Part shown: positions 42,951 to 53,762 of the stretch, piece by piece
Numbering within the stretch: position 1 is the stretch's first letter
Layout of the letters: every line of letters starts with the position of its first letter
Source: Candidatus Bathyarchaeota archaeon
GTDB taxonomy: Archaea; Thermoproteota; Bathyarchaeia; Bathyarchaeales; DTEX01
Assembly (NCBI GenBank): GCA_963714275.1
Contig: CAVQNT010000002.1
Location: forward strand, 928,001 to 992,000
Direction: 5' to 3'
Length of the DNA: 64,000 bases
Translations under genes and position numbers: made by a program
The notes under the pieces: model-generated
The model's database searches: none
Told to the model about the DNA's origin: nothing
What the model saw: only the letters and a program-made list of their open reading frames with translations

Positions 42951-44150
42951 TTACATTGCTGTTGATGGTGCCAATTTGTTGCCGCACTTGTTACAGTATG
43001 TTGAGTCGCCCGCGTTTTCTGTTCCGCAGTTTGAACAAATCAACATCGTGTTGTTAGGTGTAATCTTCCTTGTCGTGTTCACGTTGTCCAGAGAGAATGG
43101 AGGTGCCCACTGGAAGCCTTTTTTGTACGAGTAAATGTAGGGTATGGCGAGGTCTACGTTTTTGCTTGCTTGTATTGCTTTGTAGACCTTTTTCGAAATT
43201 TCGTGTATTACTATAGGTCTGTCCGTGGCTAAGGTCATAAACCTGAGCCTCATAAAGACGCCGTACCAGTCAGTCATATCCGCTCGGATGTATGGCTCTT
43301 GGCCCGTTTTTTTGATAACATCTGCAGTCACTTCTTTTGCTGCGTCGAGGAGAATTTTTTCTGCTTCATCCCAGTCTGAGTCGAAGCTCAGCCGCAATAC
43401 GAACTCGTCAAGCATGAAGGCGGATTGAGGCGACCCAGCCATTGCTTTACGTTTGTTCGACAGCTCAATGAGTTCGCCCTGATCCTTCGGAGTGTAATTT
43501 ATTACAAGCGCACTGAACAGCATGGCGTTTGGGATCAAAATGGTTCTGTTCGCAGGCTCCTCGCTTCCTACGCTTCCTCCTACCTGATTCAATATCGTGT
43601 ACAAGGGCGTAATGTGGACGACATCGCCCACAAGCGCATAAGAGGGAAGCTGGACCCTGTCTCCGACGCTGAACGGTCTGATTACAGAAACGAGAAACCA
43701 AGCTGCGAGACCGCTTATGGGTCCCTGTAGAGACCATCCTAGGAACATTCCGCCGAAGGATGCGAAGATAACTCCAAGAGTTCCTAACGAAAACCAACTT
43801 GACAATAACGTGAGTATTCCAACCGTTATTATGATGAACTTGTAGACTCCCTGAAGCATGCCGACCTCGCCTTCTTTTCCTCCCATTTTCAGCATCAGCG
43901 ACTTGAGGAAAAACGAGCCTATTCTGTAAAGAACTATAAGGCTGGCAATGACAAGGACCAAAACAATGAGTTGATTCGTGTATTCGAAGGGAGCAACAAG
44001 CGATTCTCCGCCGAGCTTAAAGTACCAGAAAAGAAAAATGCCTGTGATGACAATTGTTAAAGGCAGAACCAATTGCTCTTTTTTCATTTCGAGCACGACT
44101 CCGAGTGATAAAACTATTAAAAGAAGCAACCATTCATTTAAGTGTTCCAT
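42951..44150 (-). CDS. mscS: MscS-family mechanosensitive channel with C-terminal zinc ribbon
   Basis: LGWSLQ..ISGL, RPFSVGDRV, GDV..I, IPNA, NYT; CxxC...CxxC. Confidence 0.85.
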   Translation of the reverse strand: MEHLNEWLLLLIVLSLGVVLEMKKEQLVLPLTIVITGIFLFWYFKLGGESLVAPFEYTNQLIVLVLVIASLIVLYRIGSFFLKSLMLKMGGKEGEVGMLQGVYKFIIITVGILTLLSSWFSLGTLGVIFASFGGMFLGWSLQGPISGLAAWFLVSVIRPFSVGDRVQLPSYALVGDVVHITPLYTILNQVGGSVGSEEPANRTILIPNAMLFSALVINYTPKDQGELIELSNKRKAMAGSPQSAFMLDEFVLRLSFDSDWDEAEKILLDAAKEVTADVIKKTGQEPYIRADMTDWYGVFMRLRFMTLATDRPIVIHEISKKVYKAIQASKNVDLAIPYIYSYKKGFQWAPPFSLDNVNTTRKITPNNTMLICSNCGTENAGDSTYCNKCGNKLAPSTAM

Positions 44151-44280
44151 TACATATGAGTGACAAAGCTAGCTAGCAAGCATATCAAGAACAGAAAAGA
44201 CAGTAACAGCAATTATTGATTCTTGGTGCAATCGTAGTAATAGTGGTTGTAGTCGTCGTAGCAGTGATGATGCGAAGAAA

Positions 44281-44397
44281 AAGATAAAAACGGCGTCTTT
44301 TCTGCTGTTAATTTTCGATAGACTCGATTCTCACTCCTTTGTCCGCAACTTTCGTGATGTAAGCTTCTCCGCCTTCCTTGTTTATGGCTTGTGCAAC
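44281..44397 (-). pseudogene. 3' fragment of the GHMP kinase gene (copy of 59529-59645)
   Basis: near-identical; identity ends at TAGTCAGCTAG. Confidence 0.85.
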
Positions 44398-44449
44398 TAG
44401 TCAGCTAGCGTTCTCGCACTCTCTGAGATTTCTTTCGTGTTCATTTGAG

Positions 44450-44854
44450 TTAAATGGTTTCTGGCTTTATTCGTGTTAGTCCGGGGACTCTGTCATAGGC
44501 TTGGTCGAATGAGATGATCTTTCGGTCCAGGTTCAGTGAGGCTGCTGCATAGTGTGAATCGAAGAATGTTAGGTTCAGGGTTTGTCTCAGATAAACGCTT
44601 GCAACAGCTGTGTCGGGTTTCAGTGCGACGTATTCTACGTTGGGCAGGGCTGCTATTGCGGCTAGGTCTCTCAACAGTTTATTTTCCATTTTTTCGGCTC
44701 GGTAAATCAGCTCCATTTCAATTAGGCTGACGCTTGAAACTTCTACCGTGATTTCTCCATTCTTAAGTTTTTGGAAGATTGTTTCAGCGGTTTCGTGGTT
44801 GGGGTCATACTCGTTTAAGTAGGCGAAGATGACGTCGTTTTCTAAGAGGGGCAT
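44450..44854 (-). CDS. vapC: PIN-domain toxin
   Basis: LLEND, E, FFDSHYAA, SFDQAYD. Confidence 0.85.
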   Translation of the reverse strand: MPLLENDVIFAYLNEYDPNHETAETIFQKLKNGEITVEVSSVSLIEMELIYRAEKMENKLLRDLAAIAALPNVEYVALKPDTAVASVYLRQTLNLTFFDSHYAAASLNLDRKIISFDQAYDRVPGLTRIKPETI

Positions 44855-45102
44855 CTGTTTCTACTCCGTTCTTTCTTTGCCTCGTCTTCAGCGATTAATT
44901 CTGCCTCTTTTCTCAGATTTTTGAATGGTTTTTTGATGTTGAATGCGCCGTGTAGGATTCGTAGCGGATCGGATGGCAGCGGGATTATCTTAATGTGGTC
45001 TCCAGCATTCACTATTAGCACTTTTTTCTTGATGTCTAGAGACTCCCGGATTTCCTTTGGCAGTGTGAGTCTTCCTTTGCTGTCCATATTTAAAATGCTC
45101 AA
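44842..45102 (-). CDS. AbrB-type antitoxin
   Basis: MDSKGRLTLPKEIRESL. Confidence 0.85.
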   Translation of the reverse strand: MSILNMDSKGRLTLPKEIRESLDIKKKVLIVNAGDHIKIIPLPSDPLRILHGAFNIKKPFKNLRKEAELIAEDEAKKERSRNRCPS

Positions 45103-45368
45103 ATTTCCACCTGAGCGGAAATTTAGCGTTAGGTGGGATTTAAACTTTATTGCCTTTAAAGTGGGACATTATTCAGATTGCGCGTGATGTTTCAGTTATC
45201 TGGCATTTTAGAATTTGCCTCTGAGCCTTCTTTATTAGGAAGGCTTTATTCATTAACAGGAAATTGGTTTCGGCGGATTTTTAATGTTCATGCGTTTTTT
45301 CTGTTTAAAGCCATTTTATGGTTTTTGTTAAGCCTTCTTTCAAGTTCACCTTGGGCATCCATAGCTGA

Positions 45369-45602
45369 CTAAAGCGCTTTATCAAGTTTTGAGGAGTTTG
45401 TCTTCACTCCGGTGTTGTCGGGTTCTATGTTAAACAAGGGGTCCTCATCAATAGCGATTTGTGTACTGATCCAGTGCTGAACGGCTTCCCGTACGCCTTC
45501 CTTTATAGTCAGCTTCCTCTTCTTCGCAGCCTTCACGAGGAACTCGTATTCTTTCTCATCGAGCTCGGTCTGGACCGCTTTTCCATTAGCCAAATCATTC
45601 AC
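45369..45602 (-). CDS. orphan RHH-type antitoxin-like protein
   Basis: VQTELDEKEY..L...AKK..LTIKE.VREAV; S..LD..L end; no toxin gene follows. Confidence 0.65.
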   Translation of the reverse strand: MNDLANGKAVQTELDEKEYEFLVKAAKKRKLTIKEGVREAVQHWISTQIAIDEDPLFNIEPDNTGVKTNSSKLDKAL

Positions 45603-45691
45603 CGTTTAAATGAGAAAATCACATTTTTATTAAACATTTTTGTTTTTCAACGGCTGAAACCATTGTTTCCATACGGCTGTTGCTCAAGCGC

Positions 45692-45916
45692 TCATCGGTT
45701 TTCAGGACATTTAACATTTTGGTTTTGGAGTTTCTCGGCATCCTCGTCTTCCAAGTAGAGTTCCAGTGCTTCTTCGAGGTTTCTTAAGGCTTCCTCCATG
45801 CTTTTGCCTTGGTTAGCTGCATCTAGCTTTGGGCATGATGCTACGTAGATGTTTCCTTCTTTCCAGACGACAGCTGAGAATCCTAAGGTTTTGGCGACTT
45901 CCATGAGCGTCTTCAC
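45692..45916 (-). CDS. hicB: HicB family antitoxin
   Basis: YVASCP.L..ANQGKS.EEAL.NL.EAL.LYLE. Confidence 0.8.
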   Translation of the reverse strand: MKTLMEVAKTLGFSAVVWKEGNIYVASCPKLDAANQGKSMEEALRNLEEALELYLEDEDAEKLQNQNVKCPENR

Positions 45917-46036
45917 CTATAACCATACGAGAGTAAAGGCCTTGAGATAAGCATCTCTTTCCTATTTGTCTTGTTTGTTCTTTTTGAGGTTCTGGTAAGA
46001 GAGGTTGAAGGCTTCCCAGCAGCTTTCGGGGTTTCT

Positions 46037-46450
46037 CTACTCCCGTATCTTCTGCATCTGGATGTCTAGTTCCTTGAATTCCTTGTCGCTACCTGTTATC
46101 AGCTTGGCTTTTAGGATCTTTGCTGTTGCGGCTGCGTACGCGTCTGCGAGCGAGAGTGTGTGGGCGCTCTTGATTTTGGCGGCTTCACGCCACAATTTGT
46201 CGTCTCTTACCGGTACAACCTTTAGGCCGTAGAGGCGGAGGTTCCTAACTTTTTCTTCGGCGAGTTTGGGGTCTACTCTGTGCAGAATGTAGTAGATTTC
46301 GGTTAGGTTGATTATGTTTATGTATCCTTCGGCTTTTCCGTTTTGTATTTTTTCGAGGCTGTCTCTTACGAGTTCCCCGCCTTCTTCGCCGAGGTAAAAG
46401 GCTAGAATAGCTTCAGAGTCAAACACCAGCTGCTCTGACACGTTTCTCAA
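46037..46450 (-). CDS. vapC: PIN-domain toxin
   Basis: VFDS, NLTEIYY, LSLADAYAAATA, TG.D.EF. Confidence 0.9.
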   Translation of the reverse strand: MRNVSEQLVFDSEAILAFYLGEEGGELVRDSLEKIQNGKAEGYINIINLTEIYYILHRVDPKLAEEKVRNLRLYGLKVVPVRDDKLWREAAKIKSAHTLSLADAYAAATAKILKAKLITGSDKEFKELDIQMQKIRE

Positions 46451-46704
46451 TCTTCCTGTCTTTCGTCTGTTCTTCTTTTCTGGCCTCTTCCAGTAATTCT
46501 TTTGAGCTTTTGTCTCTGAAGAGGGTTTTTAGTGAGGCTGAAGTCTTGGCTGGGCGTGGGAACGGGTTTCAGAACAATCTTTCCTTCTTCCTCTTCTATG
46601 AGCACCTTGTCTTTTATGCCGTATTTTCCTCTCAGTTCTTTGGGTATGGTTGCTTGCCCCTTCTTCGTGACGCTGACAACTGTAACCAATCTAGACACCG
46701 TCAT
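46447..46704 (-). CDS. AbrB-type antitoxin
   Basis: SVTKKGQATIPKELRGKYGI. Confidence 0.85.
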   Translation of the reverse strand: MTVSRLVTVVSVTKKGQATIPKELRGKYGIKDKVLIEEEEGKIVLKPVPTPSQDFSLTKNPLQRQKLKRITGRGQKRRTDERQED

Positions 46705-46960
46705 TACTTAGTAGGAAAGTAATACTTAAGTCTTTTATCCTTACCAGCTGGTTCAGTATTAAGCGAAGCATGAATATTCATGAATACGTTTTCGGACTTC
46801 CATGTTTCGGGCATTTCCTTTGTTCGCGGTTCCTGTAACGTGAGCTTCTTTTGGTTCATAGTACCATCTCTGTTTTTAGATTTGCTATCCGGTTTGCGTT
46901 TTTCGAAGTCCTGCATTCTGAAGAGAAGTAGTAGTCTCCATAATATTTAGGTCAGTTAGC

Positions 46961-47137
46961 TTAGCTTTTGGAAAGTAAGCCTCGTCCTATCTGTTCGCCT
47001 TTGTGGACTGGAACAACTGTTACTCGCCCATCAGCGTGTTTCAATATCACGTGACTGCCTCGTTGTCTCACAGGCTTAAAGCCGATCTTTTCAAGTACTT
47101 TTATGATCTTCCTAGCTGGAAGCGGTCTTAAGCTCAC
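46961..47137 (-). pseudogene. hicA: HicA toxin, C-terminally truncated (58 aa; not in the ORF track)
   Basis: manual translation MSLRPLPARKIIKVLEKIGF..VRQRGSHVIL.H.DGRVTVVPVH.GE.IGRGLLSKS*. Confidence 0.8.
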
Positions 47138-47357
47138 TGGTTGGAACCTCTATGAACTGGATGCCTATGAGTTCTTTCTTCTCTTCAATTGCGGAGCCTT
47201 CAACCTCTAGGTAAAGCGACACCGCCTCGTTAATCCTCTTCATTAGTTCGTCTATTGTTTTAGCTTGGGTGTGGCAGCCTGCGAGCTCAGGAACAGACGC
47301 AACGTAATAGCTGTCCTCGTCCTTCTCAATAATGACGCTGAACTTCAAGAAAACCAC
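47112..47357 (-). CDS. hicB: HicB family antitoxin
   Basis: YYVASVPELAGCHTQAKTIDEL..RI.EA..LYLE. Confidence 0.9.
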   Translation of the reverse strand: MVFLKFSVIIEKDEDSYYVASVPELAGCHTQAKTIDELMKRINEAVSLYLEVEGSAIEEKKELIGIQFIEVPTSELKTASS

Positions 47358-47947
47358 TGTCTTACTGGTATTCCGTGGCTCTTATATTCTTTTTCTCAGA
47401 CATTGTTATCCCGCGTGCTTTTTATAATATCTTTAATGTCTGGAATAACCGCACGATAGAGTGAAGCTCTCGCTTTTCCGTGTTTTTCGTTTTGTCCGTC
47501 CTTTGTTTTAGAGGTCGGCGCGAAGCCTTAAGATATATGGGTTGTTTGGGACTTAATTAACGCCCAGAGAATTCTCAGGTTGGCTTTAAGGGTGCCTCCG
47601 GTTCTGGGATTCTTATATTTGGGTACCATCCTATGTCTTGGCTCCACCATATTAAGTAGACATCTTTGAACCCGTTTTGTTGGGCTACTTCAACAGCTTT
47701 CGTTAGGTTCATAGCGTAATAGATCATTATGCTGGCTTAGCTTCATGCTGTATTCAAATGATATTTTTAAAAAAAAAGTTTTATTTTTCCAAAAATAAAA
47801 AAAGTCAGCTAGCTACTATTTTTATATAAAAGACTTATGTGGTCATTCATTTTACTCATAGAAAAGTATATTTTATGTTGATTTTTTGTGAATTGAAATT
47901 GGTAACTTTTTAATACTTTTTGTCACTTTTTGTTACTGGTGTTAATT

Positions 47948-48094
47948 ATGGAACAGTTTGTTGTGAGGGTTTTTCAAGGTGGAAAGGTTACTATTCCTAA
48001 GCGTTTGAGGGAGTTGTTTGAAGTTAAGGATGGGGATTATGTTAGGCTTACGTTGGTTGAGGTTATTAATCTTAAAGTAAAGAAGAAATCTTAA
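47948..48094 (+). CDS. AbrB/MazE-like protein (copy 2)
   Basis: near-identical to 13772..13918. Confidence 0.8.
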   Translation: MEQFVVRVFQGGKVTIPKRLRELFEVKDGDYVRLTLVEVINLKVKKKS

Positions 48095-48185
48095 GCACAT
48101 CATTGCTGGTTGTTTCCCCCTCCCTTGTTTTTCACATATGTTTTAAAAGGTAATTTATATGATTCTGGATTTTTGAGGTTCCTGA

Positions 48186-48560
48186 TTGAGCGCTTTGAAG
48201 CATGGTTTATTCAGAATTGGGTTTATGCTTTGTGATCGTTGCGTTTTAAATGGTGAATGCGAGAAATTTCAGCCTAAAGCTCAGTGTTTGTTGGAGAAGG
48301 AGGCTTTTGAAAGCTTTGCGCAAGGAAGTAATGATGCCCATAATGTGGTGAATAAATTGAAGGAGCAGTTTAGTGTTAAGTTGATTCATGACAGCTTAAC
48401 TGATTTGCTTGAGCATGAGTATCCAGACGACTCTAAGAGAAAGTTGATTGATGAAATGTGCGAATTACTACATAGGATGAAGGGTTACCATCATGCAGAG
48501 AAACTAGATGTAAATGGTACTATAGGCATAAGTATCCGTCATAACCGAGAACACAGTTAG
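48186..48560 (+). pseudogene. deletion-fusion of the 14005 and 14537 genes
   Basis: N-terminus matches the 14005 gene and C-terminus matches the 14537 gene. Confidence 0.8.
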
Positions 48561-48612
48561 CTAAGCTAAAAATAGAGTCGATGTGTATAAGCAAACCCCA
48601 AACATTAGTGAG

Positions 48613-48855
48613 CTATTCTAACTCTTCTTTCATCTTCAGGTATTGCTCTGTTGCTATCTCTCCCCTTGCATATCGTTCTTTGAGTATCTCAAGAGGTCTT
48701 TCGCTGGTAGATGGTGTTCTAGTGAATTCAGTGACGAAGCAGTATGCTCCAATCGCCACCAGTACGAGGAACACTATCGATATTAGGGGTGCGAGCCCCC
48801 AGCCATATCCCATCATACTCATCATCCCGTGTGTGAATCCTGTTAATGGTCTCAA
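48613..48855 (-). CDS. SHOCT-domain membrane protein
   Basis: MMGYGWG, TM helix, LEILKERYARGEI..EQY..MK. Confidence 0.85.
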   Translation of the reverse strand: MRPLTGFTHGMMSMMGYGWGLAPLISIVFLVLVAIGAYCFVTEFTRTPSTSERPLEILKERYARGEIATEQYLKMKEELE

Positions 48856-49080
48856 CCATAGTAGGGGTGAGATGACGACACTCCAATTAGAACGAACAGC
48901 AAAATCAGGCTGTTCCTATTTCCAGTCACTTCAGTCCCTCAGTTATAACGACGTTATAGAGGCATATAAACGTGCCGCCAGAAGACATGTGCTGAAGCGA
49001 TCAATCTATCCTCTCACATTACACTTATCCTATCACGATCGTTGGTGTTGCTCTATCTGAATCTTTGGGTTTGGGATTGG

Positions 49081-49095
49081 GATAAAAATTTAATC
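49081..49095. repeat. palindromic site GATAAAAATTTAATC
   Basis: TGGGTTTGGGATTGG-site-TTTTTCTTCTTC. Confidence 0.8.
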
Positions 49096-49178
49096 TTTTT
49101 CTTCTTCTTTGTTCTCATGCGTCCGTGTATGTTTGTGCTTAGTGTATAGGTGAAGATGTAAGTGTGTTTCACTAGCCT

Positions 49179-49481
49179 CTACCTGCGAAGCTTCGTAGCT
49201 TGTGATCTTGACAAATCTAATTCATTCGTTTTTGTTTCCTTCCCAACTACATAACCTAAACCTAAAACGCCAAGAATCGTTCGCATTATAGTGTAAAAGT
49301 AAGCGTCCCACCAGCCCATCTTGAAAAACGGGGAAAACTCCCAGTAACTTACGCTATAGTACCAACCGTTAAATCTGGGAGCTACAATCATCCAGTCTAA
49401 GTCAACAAGTCCAGAAGCTAACAAAACGACGGAGCCGAGAAGCAATAACACGGTTTTATCATTCATTGTTTTTTTCCTCAA
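49179..49481 (-). CDS. small membrane protein (copy 2)
   Basis: duplicate of 36716..37075. Confidence 0.6.
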   Translation of the reverse strand: MRKKTMNDKTVLLLLGSVVLLASGLVDLDWMIVAPRFNGWYYSVSYWEFSPFFKMGWWDAYFYTIMRTILGVLGLGYVVGKETKTNELDLSRSQATKLRR

Positions 49482-49743
49482 CGTTTCTTCTAGACTTAGA
49501 CTATGGTTTTCATTCAGACTTCAATTCTCCAAAAAAAATTAAGGCAGCCAATAATAAATGTGTGAGAAAGAAAATTAAGAATTCAACCTTCTTATCATAT
49601 AACCAAACTAAAATAAAAATGCGTAACCGTCAAATATTTTCCAGCGAATATAGCTGAGTTAGCTATACACACGCAAAGGTTTCAGGTTAGAAATTAGCCA
49701 TGCTAAAAGTGGTTGAATAGGACAAAGGAGAGCGCGCGTAATT

Positions 49744-51870
49744 CTAGTTTATCACTTCTACCACTTCTTTTATTCTTATGCATAATGTTCCGTCCATCCT
49801 ATAAAGGTCGGCAGCTGCCTTGAACCTTGAGTTCTTCTTTATCAATGCTTTAGGTCCGTTGTATTCTTCAGGTGTAAGCCGAGCCCTCCATTTGTCGTTC
49901 ACTATGACCACTGCTATGTTTGGATATATCTTTTCAACGGCTACCTCGTACATTTTTTCGCCGACCGCCTTTACAGCTGATGCGACGGCATAGCGATCTT
50001 GTCCTATCTCCGTAACAAGGCCTTCTCTAACCATCTTTCCAACTGTTGCTTTCAGAACTTGAGGCGAACTCCTTCATACTCCATGTCTGAAGCTATTTGA
50101 CCTATATCTGCGCCGGAACCTCCTCTTTCCAAAAGTTTCATATACAGTATTCGTGAGGTACATTCAACCTTCCTGTTAAACTCTCTTAATAATTTCAGCT
50201 TCAGGTTTCACTGCTTCAGGTTCAGCCTTAACCTGCCTAGCTTCCTCCTCCAGCGTTCTTATCTCCATCTGTGTCAGCGGGTTTGAAGTCGGCTTAGAAT
50301 GTTTTCTGACAAGAGGCTGAAGCTTCAGGTTCATGTTCTCAGCTATAGTCTTCATCTTCTCAGTTCTTCTTCTGCTGGCGTAGAGGTAGATCATGTCGAG
50401 GCTTTCGTTCGCCGCTAAGATTGTGACTTTGCCAGGGGCTTTTCTCCCTGTTCTGCCGCGTCGCTGGATATATCTTATTTCGCTTGGTATAGGCTCATAA
50501 AATATGACGTGGTCCACTGCTGGAATGTCCAAGCCTTCCTCAGCGATTGAGGTTGCCACTAAAACATTCAGTTCGCCTTCTTCAAGCATTCTTATCCTTT
50601 CAGCCTGCTCTTCCTGAGTCAAACCTTTATCCATCAGTCTTTGAGGCTTGACCGACAAACCTATCAGCCTTCACGCCTGGAACCGCGTTTAGCTCTTCAA
50701 CCAGATGGCTTGCTGTATCCCTATACTGTGTGAAGACAAGCATCCTTGATGACGGCTTTTTCTCAATTTGTTCCTTCACTATTTGTTTCAGAAGTTCAGC
50801 CTTCGGATGTTCCGTGGAGCTGTTTTTAACAGAGGTCTCTAATTTCCCATATTCCGAGTCACTTACAAGTATGGCATAGCTGCGCTTCTCCCGTTTCTCC
50901 AGTTCAACCTTTTTTAGGAAAGCTCTCAGCGTATGGAGTCCTTGAGTCTCCAATAATTCAAGCATATGAAACAATGTTAAGGCCAGTGACTGGTTTATTA
51001 TGGCTGTGAAAATGTTGCCTCTTTCCTCCTCTATGCTTTCTTCAAGCATGAACCTGAGTTCATTTCCAGCCTCAATCAGGCTTCTTCTGGTAACGTATTC
51101 TAGTCTGCGTTTGATTATGCCCCTGCCAATCAGCCAGTTCACCCTTCTATCCAGCATAGTCCTGATTTGAAACCTATATCCAAGTATTCTTTTGGCAGGT
51201 TTACTCGTTTCCATTCAACCTCTATCGGCTGGATGTAAGGCTTGACATCTGAGTCTTCTTCGCTTCTGTACTCAACCCCTTCAATGTACAGGTTTCTGCA
51301 GACCGCTAACACTCTGTCTAGGTCTGAGCCTGGAGAAGCCGTCATACCCAATATAAGCGGATAACGGGCTTGAGAAACGTAGAGCTGAGCAATGTCAGTG
51401 TACGCATATTCTTTCACGGCTTTGTGACACTCGTCAAAGACAACTAAGCCATAGTTTTCGAGCGATAACCTATGTTCATGGAGGTCGTTTCTTACCACTT
51501 GAGGCGTAGAGAAAACTATTCTAGCCTCGCCTTCCCAAACTAGATGTCTATAATCTGGAGACGTCTCCCCCGTTAAGAGCACCGTATCCTTTTCCCGAAG
51601 CTTGAGCAGCCTTAAGAAACTGTTCCTATGCTGCAAAACCAAAGGCCGCGTAGGCGCCATAACCAAGACCTTAAAGTCCTTGTAGTTGTAAAGCACATTT
51701 GCTGCTACAATTACTGAGATAACAGTTTTGCCTAACGCGGTTGGCAGGATAACCAGCGTGTTTCTTTCTGAGGCTACATCCGCTATATGTTTCTGGTAGA
51801 GCCTGAACTCTACAGTCTCAGGCCAGATCAAGGGATGCTCGAAGTATTTTGGGCCGTATGCTTCCAGCAT
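49744..51870 (-). CDS. Hef/FANCM-like DEAH helicase, split into 4 ORFs; no ERCC4 nuclease domain evident
   Basis: EFRLYQ, LPTALGKT, DECH, GMTASPG, FTQYRDT, ATSIAEEGLDIP, QRRGRTGR. Confidence 0.88.
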
Positions 51871-51875
51871 AACTG

Positions 51876-52202
51876 CTACAGCTCTATAACCTCTTCTCCC
51901 TTCCTACCCTTCCCTGCCTTAACTTTAGGGTTAACCGAGTCGATCATGCTCAACAGCTTAGGCAGCTTCTCGTTTTGGAACATCTCCTTGAACTCTTCAA
52001 GTTCAGCGCTTGATCTCAAGACCAGCCCCCGTCGCTTCTTGGGGGTGCCAGTCTCGTCAACAGGGTTAAGTTCCGCGACTAAGCGTGCTGGAGAGGTCTT
52101 GTAAGGTGGAAGCTTCAGCACAAAGACGCCTGGAACACTTGTTCTCGTTCTGGACCAGTCTTTCCCAGTCTTAAGGAAATCCGCAAGTTTCTCTTCAGAC
52201 AA
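51876..52202 (-). CDS. conserved archaeal hypothetical protein
   Basis: TSVPGVFVLKLP...ELNPVD.GTPKKRRGL; coupled to the helicase gene. Confidence 0.7.
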   Translation of the reverse strand: MSEEKLADFLKTGKDWSRTRTSVPGVFVLKLPPYKTSPARLVAELNPVDETGTPKKRRGLVLRSSAELEEFKEMFQNEKLPKLLSMIDSVNPKVKAGKGRKGEEVIEL

Positions 52203-53118
52203 AACGTAACACCAAAATCATTATCAACTTGTAGAGAGTTAAAACTTTCCGTAATACTACCACTTCATTTTCCTTATTTAACAGCAACCAGATAAGCTCG
52301 CGCGCGCCAAACTTACTTTCCTTCTTTTTTCAGACTAGCTAGTACCAGCTTTCAAAAAGTACAGTATATTTCCACGGTGGTTTTTTTGGACTAAGTGGAT
52401 GACTGATGAAGAGCATGAGTTGTTTAGGTCTTTTTGGAAGAACATCAAGAAACTTAAACAGTGAGCTTGTCATGCAACGATGTTAATATTGTGTCTTGAT
52501 TTCTCGTTCACATCTTTCCATTTCACGATATTTTCCGCAGTAGCCTACCTCGCCAAGATTACGGCATGTGAACACACTCGGCTGATAATATTTGCATTTA
52601 TATGAGTATTTACAGGCGAAGAAATTCTTTAGAATCGTGGCAATCTGCACATAGGGTCACTCGAGTATTATAATGCCTAGTATCTTTCTGCAGAGAGAAC
52701 TAATGATTTGTGAAATACACATTCAGAGTTCAGTTTAGAAGGACTGACTCATAAGAAAAGAAAAAGTGAAAAAACAAGAATGAAAGAACGAAAAAAAACG
52801 GATAAAAGGTTTGGGTTAAGGAATTGAAATTTATTAGATGACTGCTAGAAGATATCTGGAAGACAATAAATAATTATAAAGCAATATTTTATTAGAAAAA
52901 ATCTATATAATTTTACGTTTTCTTCACTTTATTCCGAATATGATGAAAGTGCACTATTTAGCCAGTATACAGCGGTTAAAATGGTATATTCTTCAATTTT
53001 GAATGGTAGCCCGGATTACGTGACTTATCTCGTTTAAATTTCTCAAAACTGGGAAATTCTTTCAGGTTAAACAGATTGTCTTTTTTGTTGGTTTCCTATA
53101 CAGTCTCTCGACATATGT

Positions 53119-53702
53119 TTACCGTTGTTTTGTGGATACCAACGCCCATCTATCCGCCATCATGGGATTACCCCTCCACTCGACTCTGAACCCCTCAAGT
53201 ATTTTCTCCCACTCCGCTTGGTCCACATAACTAAAGAAACCTCCGGTCACGCTAAGGTACGCCAGTCCTTTTGGCTTGAGGATACGCCTTATTTCGTTCA
53301 CAGCTGATTCATGGTGTTGTGGTGCCATAGAACACAACAGTCCATTGGCGAGAACGAAGTCAATTGACCCGTCTTTTATGAAGCTCAGGTCGGAGGCAGA
53401 TGAAGCGTGCGCTTCGACGTTGTTGTAACCACGTTTATCCGCTTTTTTTTCCAGCGTTCGATGGCCTTTTCATCCGAATCAACTGCGTAGACTCTTCCTT
53501 CAGGACCAACGCATCCAGCCAAAGCGAGTGTATAATAACCTGGATCACAGCCAAGGTCAGCAGCCACCTGACCTTTTGTGACGTATGGACAATATTTGTT
53601 TGGGTTACTGAACAGCCTTCTGAGCGGGTTATCATGCGCAAAGAGGGGGAAGTGCTTGTCTCGTTTCTCTTCGCTCGTGGTCACTTCCTGAACCTGCCTC
53701 AT
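53119..53702 (-). CDS. class I SAM methyltransferase (frameshifted)
   Basis: ADLGC.PGYY, VYAVD, EIRRILKPKG. Confidence 0.8.
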
Positions 53703-53762
53703 GCCCTGATTCGTATGTGCTCGGTAAAATACTTTCTCGAGTTGGGTTCAAACATTGCGCAA

